Positions 7,562 to 17,173 of a stretch of 25,338 bases of DNA are shown here, piece by piece. The stretch's first letter is position 1, and every line of letters begins with the position of its first letter. The DNA comes from a virus. Made by a program: the position numbers and the translations under genes. The notes beneath the pieces are model-generated. The model saw only the letters and a program-made list of their open reading frames with translations, was not told where the DNA came from and made no database searches. The stretch is from UHGV virus genome UHGV-0380352. One strand, 5' to 3'.

Positions 7562-9559
7562 CTATTCTGACAACGCATCAGACTTAGCACCCTGAGTCAG
7601 GGCGTTAATGGCCTTTTGTGCCTGCTGCATGGCTTTCTCAAACGCTGTTGATCCGCGTGGGGTGTTTGCCATTCGGAGCATTGCATTTCTGAATGGCTCG
7701 CTCTCATAGGCGCGAGTAAGAAGTCCGTAGCTTACTGCTGCGCCAGTTGTTGCAGGGTTAATTGCCGTCCCATACCCGATAATGAACGGGATAGTTTGCT
7801 GCCCTGTGGGTGTTGTTACTGCCGCTTTTGCAGCCTGCTGCGTGGATTGCAGGTAGTTTTTCAATCCTTTCAGATAAGCGGCTTCCTGACCTTTAAATGT
7901 GATGCCAGTCTGGTTTTGCAGGATATTAAGCTGCCGAAGGAACTGGTCAGGGGATCCGCCAGATTTCTCCATCGCCTTTCCAATGATGCCATTGCGCATT
8001 TGCGCCCTGCCAACACGACCAACTGAGTTATACAGAGTCTTAATTTCCGATTTGTTCTTGCTGAATAGCATGTTGTTGACAACTTCTGGCGTCAGATCGC
8101 CTTTCATGAGAACATTCTTCAGCCTGGTATTCTTGAGTTTCGCTGCTTCGTCAGCATAGACGGCATTGGCCTGCTGATATTTACGGAGAGTATCGTTGCC
8201 AAGATTCTGACCAATGGCACCATTGATATCGTCGGTCATTGCCTTGTAAACGCGCTGAATGGCAGCATCGGAACGGTTTGGTAACACTGGTCGCTCACCC
8301 TTCACGTCCATTCTGAACTGGCTGCGCAGGTCGCTTAATTGCTTCAAATCCAGATTTACAGGACCATCAGGGCCAGCATTGCGAACAAGCTCATCACGAT
8401 ATGACTGAAGTTTTGAAATAGTCTCGTTATCAGCAACCTTACCAAGCTTCTGCAGGTTAGATATTTCTGTATCAATCTGCTGAATTGCTCGCGCAGGCTG
8501 AATGTTTACTCCAGCCATAGCATTCTGAACCTGCTCCAGTCGATTACCGGCGGCACGACGAATTCCTGATGTTTTCGCTTTAAGGCTGTCAATAACAACC
8601 GCTGGATCATACTCACCGAATTTATCGGCAAATCTCTGCACCAACTGGCTTCTCGCTTCCTGTTGCGTTGCTCTCATTCCGCTTGTGCCAGCCAGAGGGA
8701 TATTTTCTGCTGTAGTCTGCGCCATTTTTCCGACGCGGGAAGTTGGTTGTAACAGGTCTGTGGTGTGCAGAGGAACTCCTTCACGCTCTGCAAATCTGAT
8801 AGCCTGCTGCGCTTCTGGCGCAATAGCACCGCGAACGCCACGATAAGCAGCACCTAATCCACGTCCAGCAGCGTTAATAGCGCCGCCTGCCAGAACGCCA
8901 ACACCTAAATCGGTAGCGAGTGCTTCCGCATCATCTTTCATACTGTTTGCAGCAAGTGATCCAACTGCGTTTTCTGCGAGAAGGCGAGTTGCCCCCTGAG
9001 CAATTCGACCAGCAAGTGTTGGTGCCTGTACCGCCGCTCTCTCAACGCCAGCAGGAGTGAGGTAAGGCAATGCTTCAGCAAATACCCTTCCCTCTGTCGT
9101 TTGTGGAGTCAGCGAGCCTTGCTGAAGGCCAAAGTCCTGCTCTAATCCCTGCGTTGTTACTCGTGGCGCTGGTTGATATGTACCATCGCCAATGCCGAGT
9201 TTACCGCCAGCCCATGCAGCCGCACTTGTTACAGCATCGGCAACCGATGCAGGTATGTTTGCCACGTTCACGCCAGCCTGCACCAGTCCGCGACCAGTCT
9301 CTTTTACTGCTTCGCCAAGATCAGACATAAATCCACTTTGCTGTGGTTGTTGCTGTGCTACTGGTTGTTGTGTCTCCACTGGCTGTACAGATGGCAATGG
9401 ATAGGCAGCATAGAAAGCTTGCTTAGCCTGCTCTGCATTTTCTCCGGCTTGCGGGGCCACGACTTCATTGAAGTATTGCTCCTGAGCCTGCGCTTTTTGT
9501 TCTGGTGCTAACGCCTGATACTGTGGAGAGGCGATAACATCTTTCCATGCTTTAGCCAT
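7562..9559 (-). CDS. Ejection (E) protein, P22 gp16-like
   Basis: 665-aa Ala/Gln/Gly-rich protein in the position of P22 gene 16 (third of three ejection-protein genes after the gp7 and gp20 homologues); size and composition similar to gp16. Confidence 0.7.
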   Translation of the reverse strand: MAKAWKDVIASPQYQALAPEQKAQAQEQYFNEVVAPQAGENAEQAKQAFYAAYPLPSVQPVETQQPVAQQQPQQSGFMSDLGEAVKETGRGLVQAGVNVANIPASVADAVTSAAAWAGGKLGIGDGTYQPAPRVTTQGLEQDFGLQQGSLTPQTTEGRVFAEALPYLTPAGVERAAVQAPTLAGRIAQGATRLLAENAVGSLAANSMKDDAEALATDLGVGVLAGGAINAAGRGLGAAYRGVRGAIAPEAQQAIRFAEREGVPLHTTDLLQPTSRVGKMAQTTAENIPLAGTSGMRATQQEARSQLVQRFADKFGEYDPAVVIDSLKAKTSGIRRAAGNRLEQVQNAMAGVNIQPARAIQQIDTEISNLQKLGKVADNETISKLQSYRDELVRNAGPDGPVNLDLKQLSDLRSQFRMDVKGERPVLPNRSDAAIQRVYKAMTDDINGAIGQNLGNDTLRKYQQANAVYADEAAKLKNTRLKNVLMKGDLTPEVVNNMLFSKNKSEIKTLYNSVGRVGRAQMRNGIIGKAMEKSGGSPDQFLRQLNILQNQTGITFKGQEAAYLKGLKNYLQSTQQAAKAAVTTPTGQQTIPFIIGYGTAINPATTGAAVSYGLLTRAYESEPFRNAMLRMANTPRGSTAFEKAMQQAQKAINALTQGAKSDALSE

Positions 9560-10956
9560 TAATCACCCCATAGTGAAGAAAAGTTACTGCTGGCTGCTGG
9601 CTGTGATACCTGTGCAGGTTGAGATTGCTGCCGCTGAGATTTACCAACATTAACGTTATATTGTTGGTTGTAATTGTTGGTGTATTCCTGAATCTCACGA
9701 ATCGACTGCTGCATAGCCTCCGGGCTTGAATAGTCAACCTGCGGCATCCCCTGAAAATACATCTTCGCTTCTGCAACGGTGTTAATACCACTGGCACCCA
9801 TGTCTCTTGCTGCCGCCACGCCCTGATTCTGCATTCTTCCCTGAATACGTTGTGCTGAGTTATATAACTGGCGCTGCTCTTTTCCTGTTAATCGGCTGCG
9901 AACATCAGCACCAATTGCCGGGTTACCTGCACCGCCGGTCATTCCTGTCATGAAATCGAGAGCAGAAGCGTCTGCATTTGCGATCGCGTCGATATCCTTC
10001 TTCATGGCATAGTTTTGTGCTGATGCAGACGATGTTGCAGGCGCTGCGATTGAACTGGCAGGAACGCGAACCATATTTCCCTCGTTGTCGATGCCTTCGT
10101 AGAACGCATTAGCCCCAGCGCCGTGAAGCTTCCCGCCTACCGTTACAGTTCTGCCATCTGATAACTGAACTGTACGCTCATCATTCCCAGCGATTCCTCT
10201 TGTTGACGCTCGCTGCATTGCCAAATCCTGACCTCGTCGCGCAGTAGAAGCAGATAAGTCCTGACCGCGCATCGTGATGTTCTGACCTCGTGCTGTTAGC
10301 GCCTCGCCAGCCTGATTGCTGCGGATTGTCTCTGCCAGTTTGCCTCGGTCAATTTCACGACCAGCCATCTTGTCCTGAACAGCAAACGCCTTTTCTGGTC
10401 CAAGCGCACCGAGAGACATAGTAGTCAGCATGTGTGATAGCTGCTCTGGATTCTGGATACCTGTCTGAATCATCCAGTCAGCATTCGCCCCCACGCGATT
10501 TAACCTGTCCTTGTTGTCAGTAATGAATTTACTGTAGGCTTCCGGTCCCTGGGAAAGAGCGACGTTAGCCCTCATGGCTAAATCGCCCATATCGTTGCGT
10601 TGCTGCTCATTAAGACCGGAAAACGCCTGTTGTGCCTGTGCAACAAACGCTGGATTTTCCTGGGCAAACTTAAATAGTCCAGATGGATCACCAGAAGCCC
10701 ATGCATCAGCGTGAACCTTATTGAACGCACTAATAGCTTTCTGTTGCTGTTCCTGATTGTAAATATCAGCAACTCCAGCCAGACCACGTAACGCGGTCAG
10801 ACCAATGTTATTTGCACCTGAGCGAGCCAGTTCATTGTTTTCGCGGATCAGACCAAGCGTTGCGTTAATGTCGCTTGCCTTTGGCGCATTCTCATTTTGC
10901 GTACCGATGCCAGCCAGAAAACCACCAGAATTAATACCCTGTTGCCACGTAGCCAT
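9559..10956 (-). CDS. Ejection protein, P22 gp20-like
   Basis: 465-aa ORF (P22 gp20 is about 470 aa) between the gp7-like and gp16-like genes; start overlaps the gp16-like stop. Confidence 0.7.
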   Translation of the reverse strand: MATWQQGINSGGFLAGIGTQNENAPKASDINATLGLIRENNELARSGANNIGLTALRGLAGVADIYNQEQQQKAISAFNKVHADAWASGDPSGLFKFAQENPAFVAQAQQAFSGLNEQQRNDMGDLAMRANVALSQGPEAYSKFITDNKDRLNRVGANADWMIQTGIQNPEQLSHMLTTMSLGALGPEKAFAVQDKMAGREIDRGKLAETIRSNQAGEALTARGQNITMRGQDLSASTARRGQDLAMQRASTRGIAGNDERTVQLSDGRTVTVGGKLHGAGANAFYEGIDNEGNMVRVPASSIAAPATSSASAQNYAMKKDIDAIANADASALDFMTGMTGGAGNPAIGADVRSRLTGKEQRQLYNSAQRIQGRMQNQGVAAARDMGASGINTVAEAKMYFQGMPQVDYSSPEAMQQSIREIQEYTNNYNQQYNVNVGKSQRQQSQPAQVSQPAASSNFSSLWGD

Positions 10957-10966
10957 TGATTACCCC

Positions 10967-11659
10967 TTAAAACAACGAGCCAAGCAGACCAAGACCAGCA
11001 CCGATACCAGCACCCCACGGAGTTGATAGCTCGAGAGCACTGGCTATGCCACCACCCAAAAGCGCACCGGATGCAGCACCACTAACCCCCTGCTGCAATG
11101 CTGACGGTCGGTTGGCGTTTGCCGCAGCCAGCGCCGCGCTTTGCTGTGAAATCTGACTCATGTTGTTGGCATATGTTTGCCCGGCGTTTGCCTGCCCCTG
11201 AAGAGCGCCAAGACCAATATTTGCCAAGTTGTTGTAATTGTTCATTTGTCCAGATAGCCATTGCTGACCAAGCGTTGGTGCGATTGTTGCTAACTGATTA
11301 CTGGTTGCGGTGGAACCCAATCCACCTGTTGCCTCCGCTGCAGCCAGACTCTGATAGCGAGCCTGACCAGCAAGATCTTTGTACTGCTGAGAGTTGTAAT
11401 ACTGGTTTAGCGCCTTACCTTGCCCCTCCAGAGACGATAAGTTCTCGAGGCTGCCGAGATACTTATCAGCCAGAGGAGTAAACGGCTTCAGGTTGTTCAT
11501 GATGGTGTTGAACTGCTTATTTTGCAGGTCTGCTGCATACTTCTGAGCTTCTGCGGCATACTTTGCGCTTTTATCAGAGCTGCCACCTTTCCCGCCTTTT
11601 TCAGGGCAATAAGGTTCCTCGCCGCGCAGTTTTCTGCCCAGCTTAAATGCATATAACAT
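10967..11659 (-). CDS. Ejection protein, P22 gp7-like
   Basis: 230-aa ORF beginning MLYAFKLGRKLRGEEPYCPEKGGKGGSSDK, resembling the P22 gp7 N-terminus as I recall it; C-terminal Gly/Ala-rich hydrophobic segment; conserved gene order. Confidence 0.7.
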   Translation of the reverse strand: MLYAFKLGRKLRGEEPYCPEKGGKGGSSDKSAKYAAEAQKYAADLQNKQFNTIMNNLKPFTPLADKYLGSLENLSSLEGQGKALNQYYNSQQYKDLAGQARYQSLAAAEATGGLGSTATSNQLATIAPTLGQQWLSGQMNNYNNLANIGLGALQGQANAGQTYANNMSQISQQSAALAAANANRPSALQQGVSGAASGALLGGGIASALELSTPWGAGIGAGLGLLGSLF

Positions 11660-11661
11660 GG

Positions 11662-12117
11662 CTATCTCCCGTGATTCAGGAAGTCGATTAGTTCTTCGCG
11701 TGTGGCGCTGTAAAAAGTCACGTCATCCACGCCTTTAAAGTATTTCTTGATGGTTCCTACACGCTTAAGTCCAATCATTGCGCAGTACATCTGACCGTGG
11801 CGGAATTTGCGTGCAGCGAACGATGTGACGCACTGAACGGTGGTGTTAGTCAGAATGTATCGCCAGAACGCCAGCCCGATTTCCTTGCTGAAGCCGCGAA
11901 TCTCTGGCAGGTACATGGCGTGGCAATCGAATGTCAGCGGCTGAATCTCCTGATAGTAAACAATGCCGCCGAACTGCCCGTGCACGTTCACCTCAAAGTA
12001 ACGGCAATCAGGTTTGTAGTCGTATCCATCACCGTTGTTGCTCCCGGCGATAATGTCAGGGTGATTTCCGACAGCTTCGATCAGGTCGATGTTTCGCGTT
12101 GGTTTGAATGTAATCAT
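11662..12117 (-). CDS. Phage protein in the P22 gene 14 position (virion/ejection-associated, function unknown)
   Basis: 151-aa ORF between the needle and gp7-like genes, tightly packed with its neighbours. Assigned by synteny only. Confidence 0.5.
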   Translation of the reverse strand: MITFKPTRNIDLIEAVGNHPDIIAGSNNGDGYDYKPDCRYFEVNVHGQFGGIVYYQEIQPLTFDCHAMYLPEIRGFSKEIGLAFWRYILTNTTVQCVTSFAARKFRHGQMYCAMIGLKRVGTIKKYFKGVDDVTFYSATREELIDFLNHGR

Positions 12118-12818
12118 CAGTCAATCAGCCCATGTAATCTAAGTGCCGTTTCAAGCGCCAGAATACGCTGCCGCGCCTGCTGCAAACCTGTAGCGAGAGC
12201 TGCGACTTCGGATTGTGTGTACGTAGTGCCGACAGTGTATGACTGGTTAGCGTTGAATGAGCCAAGAAGAGGTGTACCTGTGGCTGCAGTCCATCCGGTA
12301 TTTCTTGCTCCAACAACCTGAATTCCATCAACTGAATATGATGTTTTTACATCCAGCGGTGACGCAAGAGACTGCAATTTGGTTACGGTTTTCGATACGT
12401 AATCACTCTTAATGCCAGAGACATCGTTTTCTACGTCATCCAGTCTTTGGTCAACAGTGACCAGATGCGCCTGAATATCGATAACCTCATCCAGCAAGTA
12501 ATCAACATCGCTACGCAGTACGGCTATCTTCCCTTCGGCAGTTGTTAACCTGACCTCAAGGATATTTATCGCTTTTGTGTTTGCGGCGATTCTTGAATCG
12601 TGATCTGCCAGTTCGGCATCCTGTTCATCGTTTTTCACCTGAGCATCGTAAGCGCCCTGACCAGCCTGATTTGCCTTCCCAGCAATTGCACCGACATCAG
12701 CTCCCTGATTTATGACATACAGCAGGTAAGACTGGCTGAATATATTGCGTGGCAAAATTGAAGCATCAAGGCGCGTAGCCTGAACCACGACAGGATCATT
12801 CAGTGATGAATCAGCCAT
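12117..12818 (-). CDS. Tail needle (cell-envelope puncturing) protein, P22 gp26-like
   Basis: 233 aa, the same length as P22 gp26; N-terminus [35 protein letters not shown] resembles gp26; central region has heptad-like repeats consistent with a trimeric coiled coil; sits between the gp10 and gp14-position genes. Confidence 0.8.
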   Translation of the reverse strand: MADSSLNDPVVVQATRLDASILPRNIFSQSYLLYVINQGADVGAIAGKANQAGQGAYDAQVKNDEQDAELADHDSRIAANTKAINILEVRLTTAEGKIAVLRSDVDYLLDEVIDIQAHLVTVDQRLDDVENDVSGIKSDYVSKTVTKLQSLASPLDVKTSYSVDGIQVVGARNTGWTAATGTPLLGSFNANQSYTVGTTYTQSEVAALATGLQQARQRILALETALRLHGLID

Positions 12819-14236
12819 TACTCAATCCTTATCTGGCAGCCAGACAGAGTGACAGGTGACTTCGTGATAACGCGCAATTTGAATCCGACATTTTTCCTTA
12901 TTCGCCCGACACGCTTCCACAAAACGCGTTTGTCGTAAACGAACGGTTCATTCTGCTCAATCATCTGCTCACGCCCGTAATTGATGCCGTCAGTGGTTGC
13001 AGAGAGAAAAAGGCGGTCAGCATACTGCGCAACGCCAGTTGACGATTCAACCTCAAGGTCGAACACTCTGGCGTTATCCGCTTTGAACAGTGGAGTAAAC
13101 AGCAGGTGTTCCTGTTGCTTGTCGTACTGGCTGCTGATGTCGAATTGCAATTTCCCGGTCACGGACTCCAGCTTATCGCCGCACGTTATCTGATTGCCTT
13201 CGTAAATAAAGTCGATAGCGCGGTACACATCGTCATACAGTCCAGTTTTCAGCGCACACCATTGCGGACCATTGGTACTTGAAGATGCGTCGTACACGAG
13301 TACATGGCGCGGAAGATGGATAATCAGCAACTCATGCGCATCAAACCGCAGCGATTCCATCACACCATCAGCCAGTTCATCAGCAGTGTAGGAGCGGAGA
13401 ATTTTCTCAATGCTCGCGCTGGCGATTGGTGATACCTGACCGGAGCCGATGATGTATACAGACGGCGCACCCGTTGCAGGATTGCTGATGAACGCATACG
13501 AATCAGCAAACGGCGTTTTGCAGTAAGTCCCGGCAATACCTTTCTGCACCATCAGCGATGGTTGTGCAACATACAAAGCGGCACCAACGGTGGTTGCACC
13601 AGTCAGGGAAAAATACTCAATCGTCGATGAACCAAAACAGACGATGAAGTCTCGCCATGTTCCGATGCCAATGATGCCGTCAGGCTGCGATTCTGCGCGA
13701 TATTGTGCGCTGTAACGGTCAGGATGTGATTCGTCTTCAAGGTCAGTGATGAACCATGAATCAGTTCCGTCTTTTGACCACGCATAACGCCCACGTAAAC
13801 GCGTAATGTCGCGGACTGAGCCTAACTCATACTGCGTGAATCCGCTGTCTGTAGGCCAGTTTGAGACGGTTTTAACCGTGCCATCATAGCGATACTCGAC
13901 CAGTTGACCATTAACGCCTACAGCCTGAGATGTCCGACCATGCGCCATTGATACACGACCACTTCCGGCAACATCACCGACTTCACTTTCGCCCTTATAC
14001 AGCTTGCCACCACACACGCGATAAACAGCACTCTGCGCCATGTTGTACTCGACGCCGCGCGATATACCGTTCACATCAGAACGTTTGGCAATGCCCGGGA
14101 ATGAGCGAAGATATCCGCTGCTGTTCAGGATTTCTTTGGGTGTAGCCAGCATATTCACTGGCAGATAGTCGATATAGTCGGCGTTTCGAAAGTCTTTGCC
14201 GACGCCTTTCATGAGTGGAAGTTGCTGAATCGGCAT
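12818..14236 (-). CDS. Tail hub protein, P22 gp10-like
   Basis: 472 aa, the same length as P22 gp10; located between the gp4 and gp26 homologues. Confidence 0.75.
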   Translation of the reverse strand: MPIQQLPLMKGVGKDFRNADYIDYLPVNMLATPKEILNSSGYLRSFPGIAKRSDVNGISRGVEYNMAQSAVYRVCGGKLYKGESEVGDVAGSGRVSMAHGRTSQAVGVNGQLVEYRYDGTVKTVSNWPTDSGFTQYELGSVRDITRLRGRYAWSKDGTDSWFITDLEDESHPDRYSAQYRAESQPDGIIGIGTWRDFIVCFGSSTIEYFSLTGATTVGAALYVAQPSLMVQKGIAGTYCKTPFADSYAFISNPATGAPSVYIIGSGQVSPIASASIEKILRSYTADELADGVMESLRFDAHELLIIHLPRHVLVYDASSSTNGPQWCALKTGLYDDVYRAIDFIYEGNQITCGDKLESVTGKLQFDISSQYDKQQEHLLFTPLFKADNARVFDLEVESSTGVAQYADRLFLSATTDGINYGREQMIEQNEPFVYDKRVLWKRVGRIRKNVGFKLRVITKSPVTLSGCQIRIE

Positions 14237-14245
14237 TTATTCACC

Positions 14246-14707
14246 TCACGTACTCGGATCATCTTTCTCGATGTAAAACCGATTCCACGTAAACGCGCTT
14301 TTGTTACCACTACCGCGAGGCATGTCATTTCGCCGCTCAAGTGGTGGTATTTTGGTTAAAACGATGCAGATTGTCTGATATGCACTGTCAGCAGCGGTAA
14401 GGAGAGCGTCTGACGGCTGAATGACGTTATCCATGCACACTTGCACAGCGAGTTTCAAAGCGACGCCATCATTTGCCCATGCAGGGATACCGGAATCATC
14501 ATCAGGTAACGGCATGATGCCGTTTTCTGTATCAGCAAACTGATATCCAAGTTCGATGCCTTTCGCCTGCCATGCTGCCATCATGTCTTCGAGGTCATTA
14601 ATGGCATCTTCAATTGCCTGAGGGTCAGCATCTGTCAACGTGGCATTGGAATACAGCCCGGCTTTTCGTAAAGCCTTTAGAACGAGATCACCCTTCGTTT
14701 TCGCCAT
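14246..14707 (-). CDS. Head completion / tail adaptor protein, P22 gp4-like
   Basis: 153-aa ORF downstream of the coat gene and upstream of the gp10 homologue; assigned by position and size (P22 gp4 is about 166 aa). Confidence 0.65.
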   Translation of the reverse strand: MAKTKGDLVLKALRKAGLYSNATLTDADPQAIEDAINDLEDMMAAWQAKGIELGYQFADTENGIMPLPDDDSGIPAWANDGVALKLAVQVCMDNVIQPSDALLTAADSAYQTICIVLTKIPPLERRNDMPRGSGNKSAFTWNRFYIEKDDPST

Positions 14708-14876
14708 CTTCTTCCGCCTTAGCCACTTTTTGCTTCGTTGCGGTTTCTTCAGGAGTTTTTACCCAACCTTTTTTCAGGTGAGATTTAACTTCTTCGTCAT
14801 CAACAATGATGTAATCGACAGCAAACTGACCACAGGTGATCATGTTGCCAGGCTTATAGAGCATTGTTCGTGCCAT
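14688..14876 (-). CDS. Small hypothetical protein (62 aa) between coat and gp4-like genes
   Basis: Likely start MARTMLYKPGN at ATG 14874-14876, preceded by SD GGGAGAAG; the longer 75-aa reading would run through the terminator hairpin. Acidic C-terminus. Overlaps the gp4-like start by 20 nt. Confidence 0.4.
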   Translation of the reverse strand: MARTMLYKPGNMITCGQFAVDYIIVDDEEVKSHLKKGWVKTPEETATKQKVAKAEEDGENEG

Positions 14877-14887
14877 TGTCTTCTCCC

Positions 14888-14912
14888 AATAAAAATGGGG
14901 CCGAAGCCCCAC
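14888..14912 (-). terminator. Hairpin plus U-run immediately 3' of the coat gene (partial terminator/attenuator)
   Basis: On the minus strand: GGGGC-uucg-GCCCC followed by AUUUUUAUU, starting 6 nt after the coat stop (14918-14920). Location fits differential high expression of coat versus downstream genes. Confidence 0.5.
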
Positions 14913-14917
14913 CAAAA

Positions 14918-16171
14918 TTACTGCCCGGCAATAACGATGCCCGTATATTCAGGAACAAGTACAGAGCAACCGTACAGGGTGGTGAAACGCGCAGTGGTTA
15001 CACCTTTGATGTGGTCGAAGGCGTAAGACATGATCAGCGTAGCGCCCTGCTCGGTGGTTGCTGTCATTACCTGTGGACCCTGACCAGTTGGGAACGCCAG
15101 CTTGCCGTACATCAGTTCAACAGAACCATCAGCCCAGAACAGGTTAGCCGGTGCGGCATTTTTGTTGAGAATGGTGATTGCTGCGCTACTTGCCGCATTA
15201 GCATCAACGTTTGCATATGGACGGCTGGCGACATCCGCGTTGTCAGGCGGCAGAATTTTCGGGGAGATAGTTACTGTCGTTCCGCTAACTGCCAGAACGC
15301 GGAATACTTGCGGCTGCCCGGTGGTATCTTTGGTGATCTGGTGTACGGAATTCACCCCTGCGATGGTAAACGCATCACCAACCTGCAACCCAGATGCAGA
15401 TACCGTAATAGTCCCCTGTCGGTTATCCACTGGCATATCGTTATCATCTTTCGCTTCAACCTTGTGCGCAGGTGCTGCTGCCAGCGTAATGGAAGTTGCT
15501 GTACCCTTCGGAACACGACCAGAAATATCGGTCTTGTAGCTATCAAAGGAAGCAACCGGAGGGATCTGCGCTTTTTCGTATGCTGTCAGGGTTGCGCCCT
15601 GAGCGTAGGCACGGTGACCAAGCTCGCCAGCAAGGTCTTTGTAGTTGAAGGGGTTCCAGAAAGAGCGACGGTTGATACCCTGCGGTACACCAATCGCCGT
15701 CATGGTGGCATCAATACCTGCCGCACAGTTCCACAAATCACGGCCCTGCGTACCTGTGGTTGAGTCAGACATTGTGATCACGTTAGTAGCACGCTGCGTA
15801 ACCATGGAAATCAGGTCAGAGTCAATCTGTGCAGCAAGGCGCATACCTGCGGCGCGACCAGCTTCAGTTTTATGTTCCGGGTCACGCATTTCACGCGCAT
15901 CCAGAGTGTACAGAATGTTTTTCGGCTCCTTGAACACAGAAGGAACAAGGCGCTGAACCAGTGCTGTAGGCGTTTTTCCGCTGAGGTCGAGGCCTTCCTC
16001 AATGTTCATGTGGTAATGCTGCGGACGATACAGAACATCACCTGCTCGCTGCATTGCTGTATCACCGGGACGGAATTTTTTAGCGTTACGGGAAACTACG
16101 CAGGCGGCCTCAAAGCCTTCAACGTAGTTTTCGAACATGATTTCAAGGTCTTTTGCTAATTGGTTAGCCAT
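14918..16171 (-). CDS. Major capsid (coat) protein, P22 gp5-like
   Basis: 417-aa ORF directly downstream of the scaffolding gene, followed by a terminator hairpin; size and position match P22/Sf6 coat proteins (420-430 aa). Confidence 0.8.
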   Translation of the reverse strand: MANQLAKDLEIMFENYVEGFEAACVVSRNAKKFRPGDTAMQRAGDVLYRPQHYHMNIEEGLDLSGKTPTALVQRLVPSVFKEPKNILYTLDAREMRDPEHKTEAGRAAGMRLAAQIDSDLISMVTQRATNVITMSDSTTGTQGRDLWNCAAGIDATMTAIGVPQGINRRSFWNPFNYKDLAGELGHRAYAQGATLTAYEKAQIPPVASFDSYKTDISGRVPKGTATSITLAAAPAHKVEAKDDNDMPVDNRQGTITVSASGLQVGDAFTIAGVNSVHQITKDTTGQPQVFRVLAVSGTTVTISPKILPPDNADVASRPYANVDANAASSAAITILNKNAAPANLFWADGSVELMYGKLAFPTGQGPQVMTATTEQGATLIMSYAFDHIKGVTTARFTTLYGCSVLVPEYTGIVIAGQ

Positions 16172-16189
16172 GCTTAATGCTCCGATAGG

Positions 16190-17083
16190 TTATTTTTTTG
16201 CCTTTTTGGCGGCGAAATACGGCGTCCAGTCACCAGTTTCCAGCGCCTTGGCTTTCAGTTTGTCGAGGTTGTTGATTACTGCGCCGTTGCTCCACTTAAC
16301 TGTCGGGGTTGTGGCTGCCGTGGTTTTTGCTTTTGGCATGATTCTGGCCTTCGATTCGATACGTTCCAGCAGACGACCAATTGCTACGGGGTTGGTAGCT
16401 TCTGCCAGTTGCTTGCGCAGTTCAGCGTTGCGACCGAGTGCCAGAACAACGATTTCCGGCTTCTCTGACTCAAACAAGATCGCGTTTTGTGTCTCGATGG
16501 GGATTTCCTCGAGTACGGCCTGTTCAGCTTCCTGATAGCCAGGAACTTTGAGAGCCTTAACACGTTGCTGATATTTGGATAATCGCTCTTGATAGGCAGC
16601 CTGAAGCTCCTGCTCCTTCTGCTTGCGAGCCATCTCCTGTTGCTGGTACTTGCCGTTATCCTCTGCCCACTTAGCCATGCGTTGCTGGTAGATTTCTTCA
16701 TCGAAACCGATGTCCTCATCATCCAGTTTTGGCATTCGCGGTGGTTGAGTGATTACCGGCTGCTGCTCGACGGGTTTCTGAGACTGACGCATCAGCTCTT
16801 TCAGCTCGCGGTCTTTCTCTTTAATCGTCTTGCGCAGGTGTTTTACCAGTCCATGCTCTGCGCCATCTTCGCTGGTTGGCGAATCCAGCTTTTCGTCACC
16901 AAAGTAGAATTCCTGTTCTGATTCGTCGTCATCAGTTTCAGTAGCTTCCTCTGCATCATTGCCGGAGGACTCACTGCCATCTTCTGTTTCGACTTCTTCA
17001 GCCAGTTCGACATCATCAGGAATCTGCTCTGACGCGTCGGTTTCGATTTCAACTTCTGGTGTGTTTTCTGCCATCTGGTCCAT
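16190..17083 (-). CDS. Scaffolding protein, P22 gp8-like
   Basis: 297 aa; highly acidic N-terminus (MDQMAENTPEVEIETDASEQIPDDVELAEEVETEDGSE), charged coiled-coil-like central region, basic C-terminus; between the portal and coat genes. Confidence 0.8.
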   Translation of the reverse strand: MDQMAENTPEVEIETDASEQIPDDVELAEEVETEDGSESSGNDAEEATETDDDESEQEFYFGDEKLDSPTSEDGAEHGLVKHLRKTIKEKDRELKELMRQSQKPVEQQPVITQPPRMPKLDDEDIGFDEEIYQQRMAKWAEDNGKYQQQEMARKQKEQELQAAYQERLSKYQQRVKALKVPGYQEAEQAVLEEIPIETQNAILFESEKPEIVVLALGRNAELRKQLAEATNPVAIGRLLERIESKARIMPKAKTTAATTPTVKWSNGAVINNLDKLKAKALETGDWTPYFAAKKAKK

Positions 17084-17173
17084 TTGTTACCCCTGTTTAC
17101 TCGATGTTCATCCCATCGGAAGGCAATAGGGTGCCAGGCCTCATAAAGACAGCCATTGCACGTTATGGGTTAA

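Noticed and set aside
14864-15763. 299-aa Cys/Arg-rich plus-strand ORF
   Set aside because: Antisense to the coat gene; composition typical of a spurious reverse-frame ORF.
16384-16921. ORFs of 110-112 aa overlapping the scaffolding gene on both strands
   Set aside because: Alternative frame or antisense of the scaffolding gene, driven by its biased charged codon composition.
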